Virus record (IMG/VR): IMGVR_UViG_3300020202_000051
Origin: a virus
DNA: 39,724 bases
Reading direction: 5' to 3' (one strand)
Positions 30,056 to 37,610 of the stretch are shown one piece after another (positions within the stretch are counted from its first letter, which is position 1; every line of letters begins with the position of its first letter). The position numbers were made by a program, and so were the translations under genes. Under the pieces are notes generated by a model. That model worked only from the letters and a program-made list of their open reading frames with translations. It was not told the origin of the DNA and did not search any database.

Positions 30056-30781
30056 TTAGAACCGGTGAACCAGCTGTTTGCCAAACTTCTCCTGGGCAGC
30101 CTGGCGCTTCTTCTTGATCTTCTCGAACTCTTCTCTCACGCGCTCTAAGTCCTCAGGCGTATCGACCGAGAACTTGAAATGGGCCTGGTCAAAGGCGTCA
30201 TTGAAGAACGTCCCGCACCGGGCCCACTCGGGAGGCTCCCTGCGGAGAAAGGTCGTCACGTGCTCACGGTCAGGGGCCTCCGTTGCGTGATCAAAAGCGT
30301 AGCGAAGGAGCTTCGAAGAGATGACTTCGCAGTCCATCCCATCAGCCCAGGTGCGGCAGGTCTCTTCGACGTTCGAGTAGTAGTCGCAGGCATCCTTGAT
30401 CGCGTTATTGATGCACTTCTGGATGACAGTCTCTGAAATGAGCGGGCAGTCACCAGTGACCCGCACGATGTACTGGGCATTCACCTGATCGGACATGGCC
30501 TGGTAGCGCGCGAGCACATCCTCCTCAGGCCCTTCGATGACGGACGCGAGATGCCTGAACTTGTCTTTGATCTCATCACCGAAAGGAACGAGGAGCGCGA
30601 TACTCACATGCACGCCCGTTTTTCCGGTGTGACGATTCACAAAGCGCGCAGCCCTCTTACAGGAGCCGATCACATGCGAGAGAAGGGGCTGGCCATCGAG
30701 AAGCGCAAACGCCTTTCTGGGAAAGCGCCTGCTATTCGTCCGGGCCTGAATGCCGATGCAGACGTTCGTGATCTCAACCAT
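30056..30781 (-). CDS. SpsF-type (CTP_transf_3) cytidylyltransferase, putative CMP-nonulosonate synthetase
   Basis: IGIQARTNSRRFPRKAFALLDGQPLLSHVI and EGPEEDVLARYQAMSDQVNAQYIVRVTGDCPLI match the SpsF/acylneuraminate cytidylyltransferase signature. Confidence 0.75.
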   Translation of the reverse strand: MVEITNVCIGIQARTNSRRFPRKAFALLDGQPLLSHVIGSCKRAARFVNRHTGKTGVHVSIALLVPFGDEIKDKFRHLASVIEGPEEDVLARYQAMSDQVNAQYIVRVTGDCPLISETVIQKCINNAIKDACDYYSNVEETCRTWADGMDCEVISSKLLRYAFDHATEAPDREHVTTFLRREPPEWARCGTFFNDAFDQAHFKFSVDTPEDLERVREEFEKIKKKRQAAQEKFGKQLVHRF

Positions 30782-30980
30782 GGCGGGGAGACCTCAGGAA
30801 AACGTCCGTAGGCGCAATCCTACGCACCTCGATAATGGCAACGCCTGAGGTCAGGTCGTGAAGCAGCGCTCTTGCGTCGTAGGATTCCTGACGAACGGGC
30901 GGCTTGTGGCGGGCTTTTAGGTAGAGGAAGGCATTGCAGGCCAGCGAGATGCCGAAAAGCGGCAGGAGAAATAGTTCCAC
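30774..30980 (-). CDS. Small membrane protein (68 aa)
   Basis: GTG at 30980. N-terminal ELFLLPLFGISLACNAFLYL. 8-nt overlap with the cytidylyltransferase start. Confidence 0.45.
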   Translation of the reverse strand: MELFLLPLFGISLACNAFLYLKARHKPPVRQESYDARALLHDLTSGVAIIEVRRIAPTDVFLRSPRHG

Positions 30981-31071
30981 GGCGGGATCGTCCGATCGTC
31001 AGGGGTTCCATGGTTCATCGTGGTACTACTCCCATAAGCTAAACTGATCAGATCTATAAACTCAATCAGTT
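30981..31071 (-). promoter_or_regulatory. Element F: late-leader motif copy in front of the sugar cassette
   Basis: Minus strand reads GAGTAGTACCACGAT, N16, GACGATCGGACGATCCCGCC, GTG. A small hairpin (GATCAGT-AAA-ACTGATT) sits at the amidase stop. Confidence 0.5.
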
Positions 31072-31521
31072 TTACTGATCCAGCAGCAGATAGGGCTTGA
31101 TCGCCTCGTCCAGATCCAGGTGGTACCAGGTGATGATCCTGGCCATGTCCATATTGGGGCAGGTCTTCCCCAGCTTGATCGCGCTCGGGAATTGGTAATG
31201 CCCATACAACTCCCAGGGCTTGATCGAGTAGGTCGTCACCATGGAATCGATGAAATAGCGCAGGGCGTGAAACTGCTGGGCGGTAAACCGGTCACGGCCG
31301 ATCAGGCAGACGTGGGTAGAACCCTCATTGGCTCCCTCAACGCCTGCGCCCTTCTCCCTGAGCCCCCGGCCCTTATCCCGCTGCCCATCGGGCTGTAAAA
31401 CGACGTGATAACCGATATCGGCCCATCCCCGGTCGAGATGCCACCTCCGGATGGTTGCCACGTCCACGGGCTTCCCGTTATCGGTGTCGCTGCAGTGCAG
31501 GACGATCCTGACGGGCATCAT
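31072..31521 (-). CDS. N-acetylmuramoyl-L-alanine amidase (T7 lysozyme/PGRP type) endolysin
   Basis: IVLHCSDT..., GWADIGYHVV..., HYQF...KTCPNMD correspond to the Zn ligands and fold motifs of Amidase_2. Confidence 0.85.
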   Translation of the reverse strand: MMPVRIVLHCSDTDNGKPVDVATIRRWHLDRGWADIGYHVVLQPDGQRDKGRGLREKGAGVEGANEGSTHVCLIGRDRFTAQQFHALRYFIDSMVTTYSIKPWELYGHYQFPSAIKLGKTCPNMDMARIITWYHLDLDEAIKPYLLLDQ

Positions 31522-31850
31522 CGGAGGAGCCCCATCGCTTCCAAGGCGTCCTTCACCTGCTCAGTGCTCACGTTCGGGCAGCCGGGGTTGAGGCTCTTCC
31601 ACTTCGAGCAGTTGAGAACGAAGGTCGAATACAGGCAGGCCAGGTCCTTGGCCGACAGGCAGATGTACCCGTCAAAGCGGGGATCCCCGCACCGGAGGAG
31701 TCCGGGCGGGGTATCCTGCCGCCTCTCAATCCCTTCGACCTCGCTTGAGCCCGCCCAGAACTTACCTGAGTAAGCGGGCATCCCCTGCCTTCCACAGGCC
31801 ATTCCGCTAAGCAGCAGGGGGAGGAGGCTTAGAACCGCCAAATAGCTCAT
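31518..31850 (-). CDS. Cys-rich secreted/lipoprotein-like protein (possible spanin component)
   Basis: Internal ATG at 31850 gives MSYLAVLSLLPLLLSGMACGRQ..., with seven Cys residues. Overlaps gene 31807..32031 by 44 nt and has an ATGA overlap with the amidase. Confidence 0.45.
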   Translation of the reverse strand: MSYLAVLSLLPLLLSGMACGRQGMPAYSGKFWAGSSEVEGIERRQDTPPGLLRCGDPRFDGYICLSAKDLACLYSTFVLNCSKWKSLNPGCPNVSTEQVKDALEAMGLLR

Positions 31851-32031
31851 CGAGCCCACGGGTATCCTTCTCCTTCCTGGCTTTCTCGAGTGCATCCTTG
31901 AGCTCCTTGAGCTTCTTATGACGCTCGAAGTAATCGGCGACCTCATGCAGGAATCCCATGATCTCCTTGGCAAGCTTCAGGAAATCAGGGACCGCCTTGA
32001 TGAGAGTGATGAGGCCCGTAATCCAGCTCAT
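31807..32031 (-). CDS. Small lysis-module protein (74 aa)
   Basis: Amphipathic N-terminus MSWITGLITLIKAVPDFL followed by a charged coil. TAAATG junction with the upstream gene. Confidence 0.5.
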   Translation of the reverse strand: MSWITGLITLIKAVPDFLKLAKEIMGFLHEVADYFERHKKLKELKDALEKARKEKDTRGLDELFGGSKPPPPAA

Positions 32032-32313
32032 TTAGGCCTTCTTGATCAGGGCTTCAGCGATATCAGCGCCAGCCAGGAGCCAGGCTTTCAAGAAGGCTGC
32101 CTTGTCCTCTTTCAGCTCGTCGCCGAGCTTATCCAGGCCGTCCACGCCAGCCAGAAGGGCGGGGAGGTTGGGCGCTAGGATCACCGGAATGTCCATCCCG
32201 GGCTGAAAGCCGTCTTTCACGGCCTCCTTCACTGCGATGATGAGCTTCTTAACGGCTTCCGCAAGCTCATGGGCCTCTTTCGCGACCGAAACCTTCACTT
32301 CGACCTTTTCCAT
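32032..32313 (-). CDS. Small lysis-module protein (93 aa)
   Basis: ORF with a central hydrophobic stretch IPVILAPNLPALLAGV. Confidence 0.5.
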   Translation of the reverse strand: MEKVEVKVSVAKEAHELAEAVKKLIIAVKEAVKDGFQPGMDIPVILAPNLPALLAGVDGLDKLGDELKEDKAAFLKAWLLAGADIAEALIKKA

Positions 32314-32315
32314 TC

Positions 32316-32600
32316 TCAGCTCCTTTCGAGCGTTTTCTTCACTGCGTCCATGATCGTCTGCAGAACTGCGACGTCCCGCTTCAGATCGGAGATCTCATCC
32401 ACGTGCTTAAAGAGAAGCACGATCTTATCTTCAATATGTTTAATCTGCTGGCGCCAGTTCGACATTTCGGCGCGCATCTGAATGATTCCGTTTGACGCCT
32501 CATCGAGCTTAGTGACCAGGCGCCGGATGAAAAACAGATTCCCGCCTGCCAAGGCCAGAATGCCGATCTCCACCCAGTGGGCCCAGTCAGGCATCGTCAA
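32316..32600 (-). CDS. N-terminal TM plus coiled-coil protein (holin or i-spanin-like)
   Basis: WVEIGILALAGGNLFFI is followed by a heptad-like charged region. Confidence 0.5.
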   Translation of the reverse strand: MTMPDWAHWVEIGILALAGGNLFFIRRLVTKLDEASNGIIQMRAEMSNWRQQIKHIEDKIVLLFKHVDEISDLKRDVAVLQTIMDAVKKTLERS

Positions 32601-32860
32601 TCGACCTCAAATCCCACTTCTTTGGCGAGCGCTTCCAATGCCGCCTTGAGCGCCGGGATCGTATTCGCCCTCTTAATGTCCTTGATCGCCGCGCGTCTTG
32701 CGTCCCGCTCAGCTTTCTTCTGTGCTTTCTCAGCCGTGATATCGGTTTCAACAATGATTGGATTAGGACCCCACTCCGGCTCGAGAGTCGCCCGGGCCTC
32801 ATCAGCCTCATAGGCGAACTTCATTCCGTTGACCTGGTTGGTGATCTCAAAGCGTTTCAT
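32597..32860 (-). CDS. Hypothetical protein downstream of the tail fibre (87 aa)
   Basis: ORF 12 nt after the tail-fibre stop. Confidence 0.5.
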   Translation of the reverse strand: MKRFEITNQVNGMKFAYEADEARATLEPEWGPNPIIVETDITAEKAQKKAERDARRAAIKDIKRANTIPALKAALEALAKEVGFEVD

Positions 32861-32872
32861 CGGATCCCCCGG

Positions 32873-34237
32873 TTAAATGTCATAGAACTTGTCGATTGCG
32901 ATCCAGTTGAGGGCAGCAGTCGCTATCAGCGTTTCATTGGCGCCGGACTGGTTCGTCAGGCGAACATCGAGTGTGTCCCCTACCGCGCACTTCACAACGG
33001 CTGAGCCTCCGAGCCCCACGTTCTCGGTATTCGTCCCCATCTTCCCCTGGAAGCAGAGCCGCGAGACGTTTGATCCGTTCTGATAGAGATCTAAGAAGAA
33101 GATTCCAGCCGCCGAGCTATCAGACACCTGGCAGTGAGCTGCCACATGGTAATAACCGGCTGCAGGCGCGGTAAAGACACCGGTGGATGAGTTAAATGCC
33201 CCGTGAGTGTCATAGATCTCAGTTCCGAAGACGACAATCGTCGTATCGGTATTGAGCATCGACTGACCTGCGGCCGTCCTAGCCCGGACGCCAACGTGCT
33301 TAGGTTCGAAGTGTCCCACGGCGATCTCGGTCGGAACCGCTGCCCAGGTGCCGGCCGTCGTCTGATTACTGGTGAGTCTCGCCAGAAGCCTGACGGGCAC
33401 GTCGGTGCGCGCAGTCGTCGAGTACATGACCGCATTGGAATCCGCGCCTCCTGCGCCTCCTTCTGCGGTCGTCGACTGCCGGGTGCCGTCGTCAAAGAGG
33501 GTATGGGAGACGGCGAGCTCCACCGTCCCAGAATTATCGAGCGCGTAGACATAGATGGGATGCGCAGTCCCGTCCGTATGCCCCAAGGTCGAGCCCGAGC
33601 TGACCGTCATGGATAGAGCAGCAGTAACCGTCCGGTTAGTGACCGTTCCTGTCGCAGCGGTTGAGCTTCGGAATGGGATCTCAACGGGGTTGGTAGCCGA
33701 GGCGTCGTTTCCGTCAGCGCCTTTGAGAGCGATCGTCAGCGCATTGGAGGCAACTGAGCAGGCAATCCCGACGTTGTAACCGCCCCAGGCGCTACGCCTG
33801 TGCGGCTGCCAGGACATGGTGCCTGAGCCATCGGTCTGGAGGAAATCCCTGGCATCGCCGTCGGTGATCGGAAGAGTGAGTGTGATGTTCCCAGTAACGG
33901 CGCCGCCGATGAGCCGCGTTCCGAACGCGCCCCCTGAGCTTCCGAAGTAGATGGACCGGAGGCCTAAGGTCGAAGAGCCAATGTCATAGGAGTTCGTCGT
34001 CTTGATCGCGATGGTGGATGCAAGACTCGCCGTGATCGTGAGATCATCACCTGAGGCATTGCCGAGGTTTACGTTGCCGTTCAGAGTCGCAGTCCCTGCA
34101 CAGGTGAGGGCCGAGATCGACAGGTCCTTAGTGCCGTCACTGACGCCGTTGATGATATCCGTGAAGTTCTGGTTAACTTGACTCGCATCCGCTGTGGTCG
34201 AGTTCGAAAACGTGTAGGTAACTGATGGAGCGGGCAC
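32873..34237 (-). CDS. Tail fibre with a C-terminal C1q/TNF-like globular domain
   Basis: GTG at 34237 behind GGGAG. N-terminal TYTFSNSTTADASQVNQNFTDI is fibre-like. C-terminal GVFTAPAAGYYHVAAHCQV...LYQNGSNVSR...GGSAVVKCAVGDTLDVRL follows the C1q-domain pattern. Confidence 0.75.
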   Translation of the reverse strand: MPAPSVTYTFSNSTTADASQVNQNFTDIINGVSDGTKDLSISALTCAGTATLNGNVNLGNASGDDLTITASLASTIAIKTTNSYDIGSSTLGLRSIYFGSSGGAFGTRLIGGAVTGNITLTLPITDGDARDFLQTDGSGTMSWQPHRRSAWGGYNVGIACSVASNALTIALKGADGNDASATNPVEIPFRSSTAATGTVTNRTVTAALSMTVSSGSTLGHTDGTAHPIYVYALDNSGTVELAVSHTLFDDGTRQSTTAEGGAGGADSNAVMYSTTARTDVPVRLLARLTSNQTTAGTWAAVPTEIAVGHFEPKHVGVRARTAAGQSMLNTDTTIVVFGTEIYDTHGAFNSSTGVFTAPAAGYYHVAAHCQVSDSSAAGIFFLDLYQNGSNVSRLCFQGKMGTNTENVGLGGSAVVKCAVGDTLDVRLTNQSGANETLIATAALNWIAIDKFYDI

Positions 34238-34340
34238 GCGACGACTCCCGGAATGGGCACTTCAGACTGTCAGATGGGAATCGTCGGGTGGAATCGTGGG
34301 ACTACTTTGAACTGCCGTAAGTATAGCACCCGGGCTTGGG
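34238..34340 (-). promoter_or_regulatory. Late promoter-like element B: TGCTATACT plus CACGAT/GACGAT boxes and a conserved leader
   Basis: Minus strand reads TGCTATACT (34318..34310), N21, CACGAT, N7, GACGAT, ..GTCTGAAGTGCCCATTCCGGGAGTCGTCGC GTG. It aligns with element A. Confidence 0.6.
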
Positions 34341-36065
34341 CTAGGGTCCAGAGGATTTGCGCTGCCTCCTCTGGATGGCGCCTTTCAGACCCTTGTCCTC
34401 CTCGTCAGCAGCGACCTTCCTGGTACCGCCAGCCATACCCTCGGCTTCAGGGGCGCCAGCGCGATAGGACTTCAGTACAGCCTGTCCTTCAGCGGTATTG
34501 AGCGCCCGGAACGCTCGTCCGATCGTGGCATCCGACAGGTCTTTCGCGCCTCCAGCGAGCTTGCTGACCATTTCAGTCGATACGCGACCAGTCCGAATCG
34601 CAAACTTGAGCGCGGCGGGACTGGTCAAAGCACCCAGGGCAATAGCCCCCTTCGGGCCAGCTACAAGGAAACCCGCTCCGAATCCACCAAGCATCCTGGC
34701 GACGGATTTACCCGTATTGTCAGCCGGAAGCCATTGGGCGTCCTTGAACGTCCGTGCAGCCGAAAGATTCTCTGCCTTCTGCTGAATGGGGTATCCAGTG
34801 ATATCGCCCATCTTCTTTAGCATCAGTTGATTGCGCTGATTCGAACCGGATCCAGCCGCATAGAGCGCCGAATCACTTTTTCCAGGGGAGAGGAGATTCT
34901 TATTTAGCCTGGATTCAAGCTCATGCAGCGCGGCCAGCTGGTTATTGGCCTTCCCGACTTCAGGTGCAATGCTATTGATCTGCTTCCTGGCGATGGCTCC
35001 CGCGGCCTTGGCGGCCCTGGCTGACTGCGGTGCCGCCTGAAAGATCTGGCCGTCCTTCAGGTAAGCTGATCGAGCTCGGTCCTGAAGAAGCTCCTTAATG
35101 TCGTGCAAATCTTTGGCGCTGACGAGGTATTCAGTCTTCTCAACCCCTGGGAAGGGGGAACTTTGGGCATTGGCCCCTCGCTTGATCTCCTGGATAAGCT
35201 CGTCAATCTGACCTATTGCCCCACGGTCATAGTTCGGATTGAGTGCTCCTTTGGCCTTCTCCAGTTGGGCCAAAACGGGCTGAATGTCGATATTACGCTC
35301 AGGACCCACCGCCTGGAGGCTTTTTCCAACCTGATCGGACAGCTCCTTTCGTTTCGCCCGAATGGCTGTCTGAAGATCTTCCCTGATCTTGTCGGCCGCA
35401 GCAGGAAGCTCCCCACCGCTATCTTTGATCAGCTTCTCGACTTCGCCGGTCCGCCTGGCATAAGTCGCAATGTCCTTCTCGGGTAGCCCGGTAAGTGTAG
35501 CTGCCGTCTTCCTGCCGAGCTTACTGGCCAATCCGCTAACGACTTCCGCACCCTTCTGCAGTCCTTGCCCCGCCTTGGCGAACGTGGTCGATCCCTTGGC
35601 GAGCTTTCCCGCTAGACCTGCAGCGGGAATGATATTGGAAAGATCGGCTGTCGCTCCGATGCCGACCGCAGCGGCATCCTCATAGGTCGGCCCATAACCA
35701 GCCAGAGCAGCGGCCTTGAAAGGGAGTGGAAGCGCCTGAAATGGGATCTTTTCAGTCGAAACACCGGCCTTTTGAGCGATCTGACGTTCCGTCGGTGCCC
35801 GCTTCGGGTCCTCTCCAAACTGGCCCTTTAGTGCGCGGCCAGCAGCGACCAGATCGTTTGATTTCTGAAATTCTCCAATGGCAGCCCGAACTGGAGCCCC
35901 AGTGTAGGAGTCGATCTTGTTTGCCACGCCAACCGCAGCGTCAACGGCCTTTTGTCCGAAGGTCCGAGCGTCCTTGGGAAACGCAGGAGCAGCCTGATAG
36001 TCCATCCATGGGCCGCTTTCATCAGACTTTCCCTTCTTCTGATAGTCTTCCCATGGGCCAGCCAT
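34341..36065 (-). CDS. Internal virion/ejection protein candidate (about 574 aa)
   Basis: Ala/Gly/Lys-rich and largely helical. Repeated PW(E/M)DYQ at the N-terminus. ATG at 36065, 2 nt after the upstream stop. Confidence 0.6.
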   Translation of the reverse strand: MAGPWEDYQKKGKSDESGPWMDYQAAPAFPKDARTFGQKAVDAAVGVANKIDSYTGAPVRAAIGEFQKSNDLVAAGRALKGQFGEDPKRAPTERQIAQKAGVSTEKIPFQALPLPFKAAALAGYGPTYEDAAAVGIGATADLSNIIPAAGLAGKLAKGSTTFAKAGQGLQKGAEVVSGLASKLGRKTAATLTGLPEKDIATYARRTGEVEKLIKDSGGELPAAADKIREDLQTAIRAKRKELSDQVGKSLQAVGPERNIDIQPVLAQLEKAKGALNPNYDRGAIGQIDELIQEIKRGANAQSSPFPGVEKTEYLVSAKDLHDIKELLQDRARSAYLKDGQIFQAAPQSARAAKAAGAIARKQINSIAPEVGKANNQLAALHELESRLNKNLLSPGKSDSALYAAGSGSNQRNQLMLKKMGDITGYPIQQKAENLSAARTFKDAQWLPADNTGKSVARMLGGFGAGFLVAGPKGAIALGALTSPAALKFAIRTGRVSTEMVSKLAGGAKDLSDATIGRAFRALNTAEGQAVLKSYRAGAPEAEGMAGGTRKVAADEEDKGLKGAIQRRQRKSSGP

Positions 36066-36067
36066 CG

Positions 36068-36994
36068 CTATTTCACCTTCTCCCAACTTTTAGGATTCGC
36101 AGGGTCGCCTCCCCTGAATCGGTAACCCTTCTGGACTGCTCCAATCTCGGGAGCCGCCTTGGCCTGCGCATCCTGAACTCCTGGCACTCCGAATCCGCCC
36201 GCTTTTGACTGATCAAGCGGCATTCGCGGCGGGATCTTCACCTTGCCCCAGAAGTGCCCGGCTTCCATCTTTAACGACTCGATCGCGAGCGCCCGATTGG
36301 CAGCCTTTTGTTCGATCACTGCCGGAGTGTCGCCGGGACGCGGGAAGAACTGGACCGCACCCTCTTCGATTTCCTCATCTTTGATAGACGCTCCAGAAGT
36401 CCTACGAAGGTAGGCCGCTAGGAAGTTCCTTTCTGCTTGCTTCTGTAGCTTCCAGTTCTCCCCTTTAAATGGTTCTGGAGTGATCGCGTTACCTGTCGCC
36501 GCCATCCGGCTAGTCGGATCGAATCCTGATCGCGTTAGATTGGAAAAGTCCTGCTCCGCCTGCTCCATCATTTTACCGAAAAGCGCGGCACGCCCCTGAT
36601 TCTCCTTCGGCTCTGCCGTCTGCGCCGTCGCCTTTGATTTGGCGAGCGACTCGACAACTTCCTTCAGTCCGGGAGTGTTCTTCAGCTGAGCTGCGGTAGT
36701 CGTCGGACTAACCTTGTACCCCGCCTGCTCGGCAACCTTCCTGCCCAAGATGGACTCTTGACTGTCCGGGCTATTCTGGTTCTGCCAATCAGCCTGCTTC
36801 TGCTCAAACTCGGTCTTCTCACGGCCAGCCTTCTCCTGCGCAATCTGCGTCTCGCGCTCCTGCTGCTCTTTCAGGAGCTTGGCTTTCGACATGTCCGTCT
36901 TGATGCCATAGATGGACTGCGCGACCTGGAGCGCTTTGACAAGGTTATCGAGCCCACTTTCTCGCCTCTGCGGCTGATTCACTGCGACTGGCAT
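36068..36994 (-). CDS. Internal virion protein candidate (308 aa)
   Basis: Gln/Lys/Ala-rich ORF. TAATG junction with the upstream gene. Confidence 0.6.
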   Translation of the reverse strand: MPVAVNQPQRRESGLDNLVKALQVAQSIYGIKTDMSKAKLLKEQQERETQIAQEKAGREKTEFEQKQADWQNQNSPDSQESILGRKVAEQAGYKVSPTTTAAQLKNTPGLKEVVESLAKSKATAQTAEPKENQGRAALFGKMMEQAEQDFSNLTRSGFDPTSRMAATGNAITPEPFKGENWKLQKQAERNFLAAYLRRTSGASIKDEEIEEGAVQFFPRPGDTPAVIEQKAANRALAIESLKMEAGHFWGKVKIPPRMPLDQSKAGGFGVPGVQDAQAKAAPEIGAVQKGYRFRGGDPANPKSWEKVK

Positions 36995-37254
36995 TAGGCG
37001 TACCCTCCATAGCCGGAGCCGCGAAGGGTTTTAAAGCGCCTTCCCATCGCCCCGCCGTCGTCAGCCTGAGCTAGGCTCCTCTTCGATGAGATCCCGACTC
37101 CACTCCCGCCCCCGCTATACTGTGACGAGGCATCCGCCTGCCCACCAGGCTTTCCACCCGACCCCTTGAACGCCTGGAAGATCTGGAGCCCCATCCCAGC
37201 AGTTCCTAGCGCATCGTTTTCCTTCTTCTTCGGTCGACTGACTTCAACCGCCAT
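36994..37254 (-). CDS. Small Gly-rich virion protein (86 aa)
   Basis: TAATG junctions at both ends. Contains SGGGSGVG and ends GSGYGGYA. Confidence 0.55.
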   Translation of the reverse strand: MAVEVSRPKKKENDALGTAGMGLQIFQAFKGSGGKPGGQADASSQYSGGGSGVGISSKRSLAQADDGGAMGRRFKTLRGSGYGGYA

Positions 37255-37601
37255 TAGACACCTCCGGGAGTCATCTTCTGCGCCCTTGCCCGCTGATAGG
37301 CTTCCATAAGCGGCTTTTCATACTCAGCGCGCACCTCGTCGGGCATTTCAGGCAGCGACTGAATCCCGGCCTCAAGGGCCTTGGTAGGATCCGCCTCATC
37401 CAGCTGCTGCTTTCTGCGATCAATGGCATTTCCGGGCGACTGAACCGCGCCGGGAGGCTTTCTCGCCCCCTGCTGATCGAGCATTCCGCCTGCGGCCCCT
37501 CCGATGGCAGACCCAACCGGTCCATAGATCGAGCCCACCGCGGATCCAACTGCTCCGAATGGGGTTCCAGCCCTTCTCTGTGGCATCATGACCTGCGCCA
37601 T
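37254..37601 (-). CDS. Small Gly/Ala-rich virion protein (115 aa)
   Basis: ATG at 37601 behind AAGGGGGA. Contains GAVGSAVGSIYGPVGSAIGGAAGG. Confidence 0.55.
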   Translation of the reverse strand: MAQVMMPQRRAGTPFGAVGSAVGSIYGPVGSAIGGAAGGMLDQQGARKPPGAVQSPGNAIDRRKQQLDEADPTKALEAGIQSLPEMPDEVRAEYEKPLMEAYQRARAQKMTPGGV

Positions 37602-37610
37602 AGATCCCCC

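Noticed and set aside
27337-30980. The cassette as a DNA hypermodification system or an anti-phage defence island
   Set aside because: There is no dUMP/dCMP hydroxymethylase, nucleotide kinase, DNA glycosyltransferase or polymerase. There are no recognisable defence effectors apart from a generic HNH. The enzyme set matches nonulosonic-acid tailoring and activation.
32873-34237. A diversity-generating retroelement acting on the tail fibre (as in BPP-1-like podophages)
   Set aside because: No reverse transcriptase gene and no template/variable repeat pair were seen anywhere in the genome.
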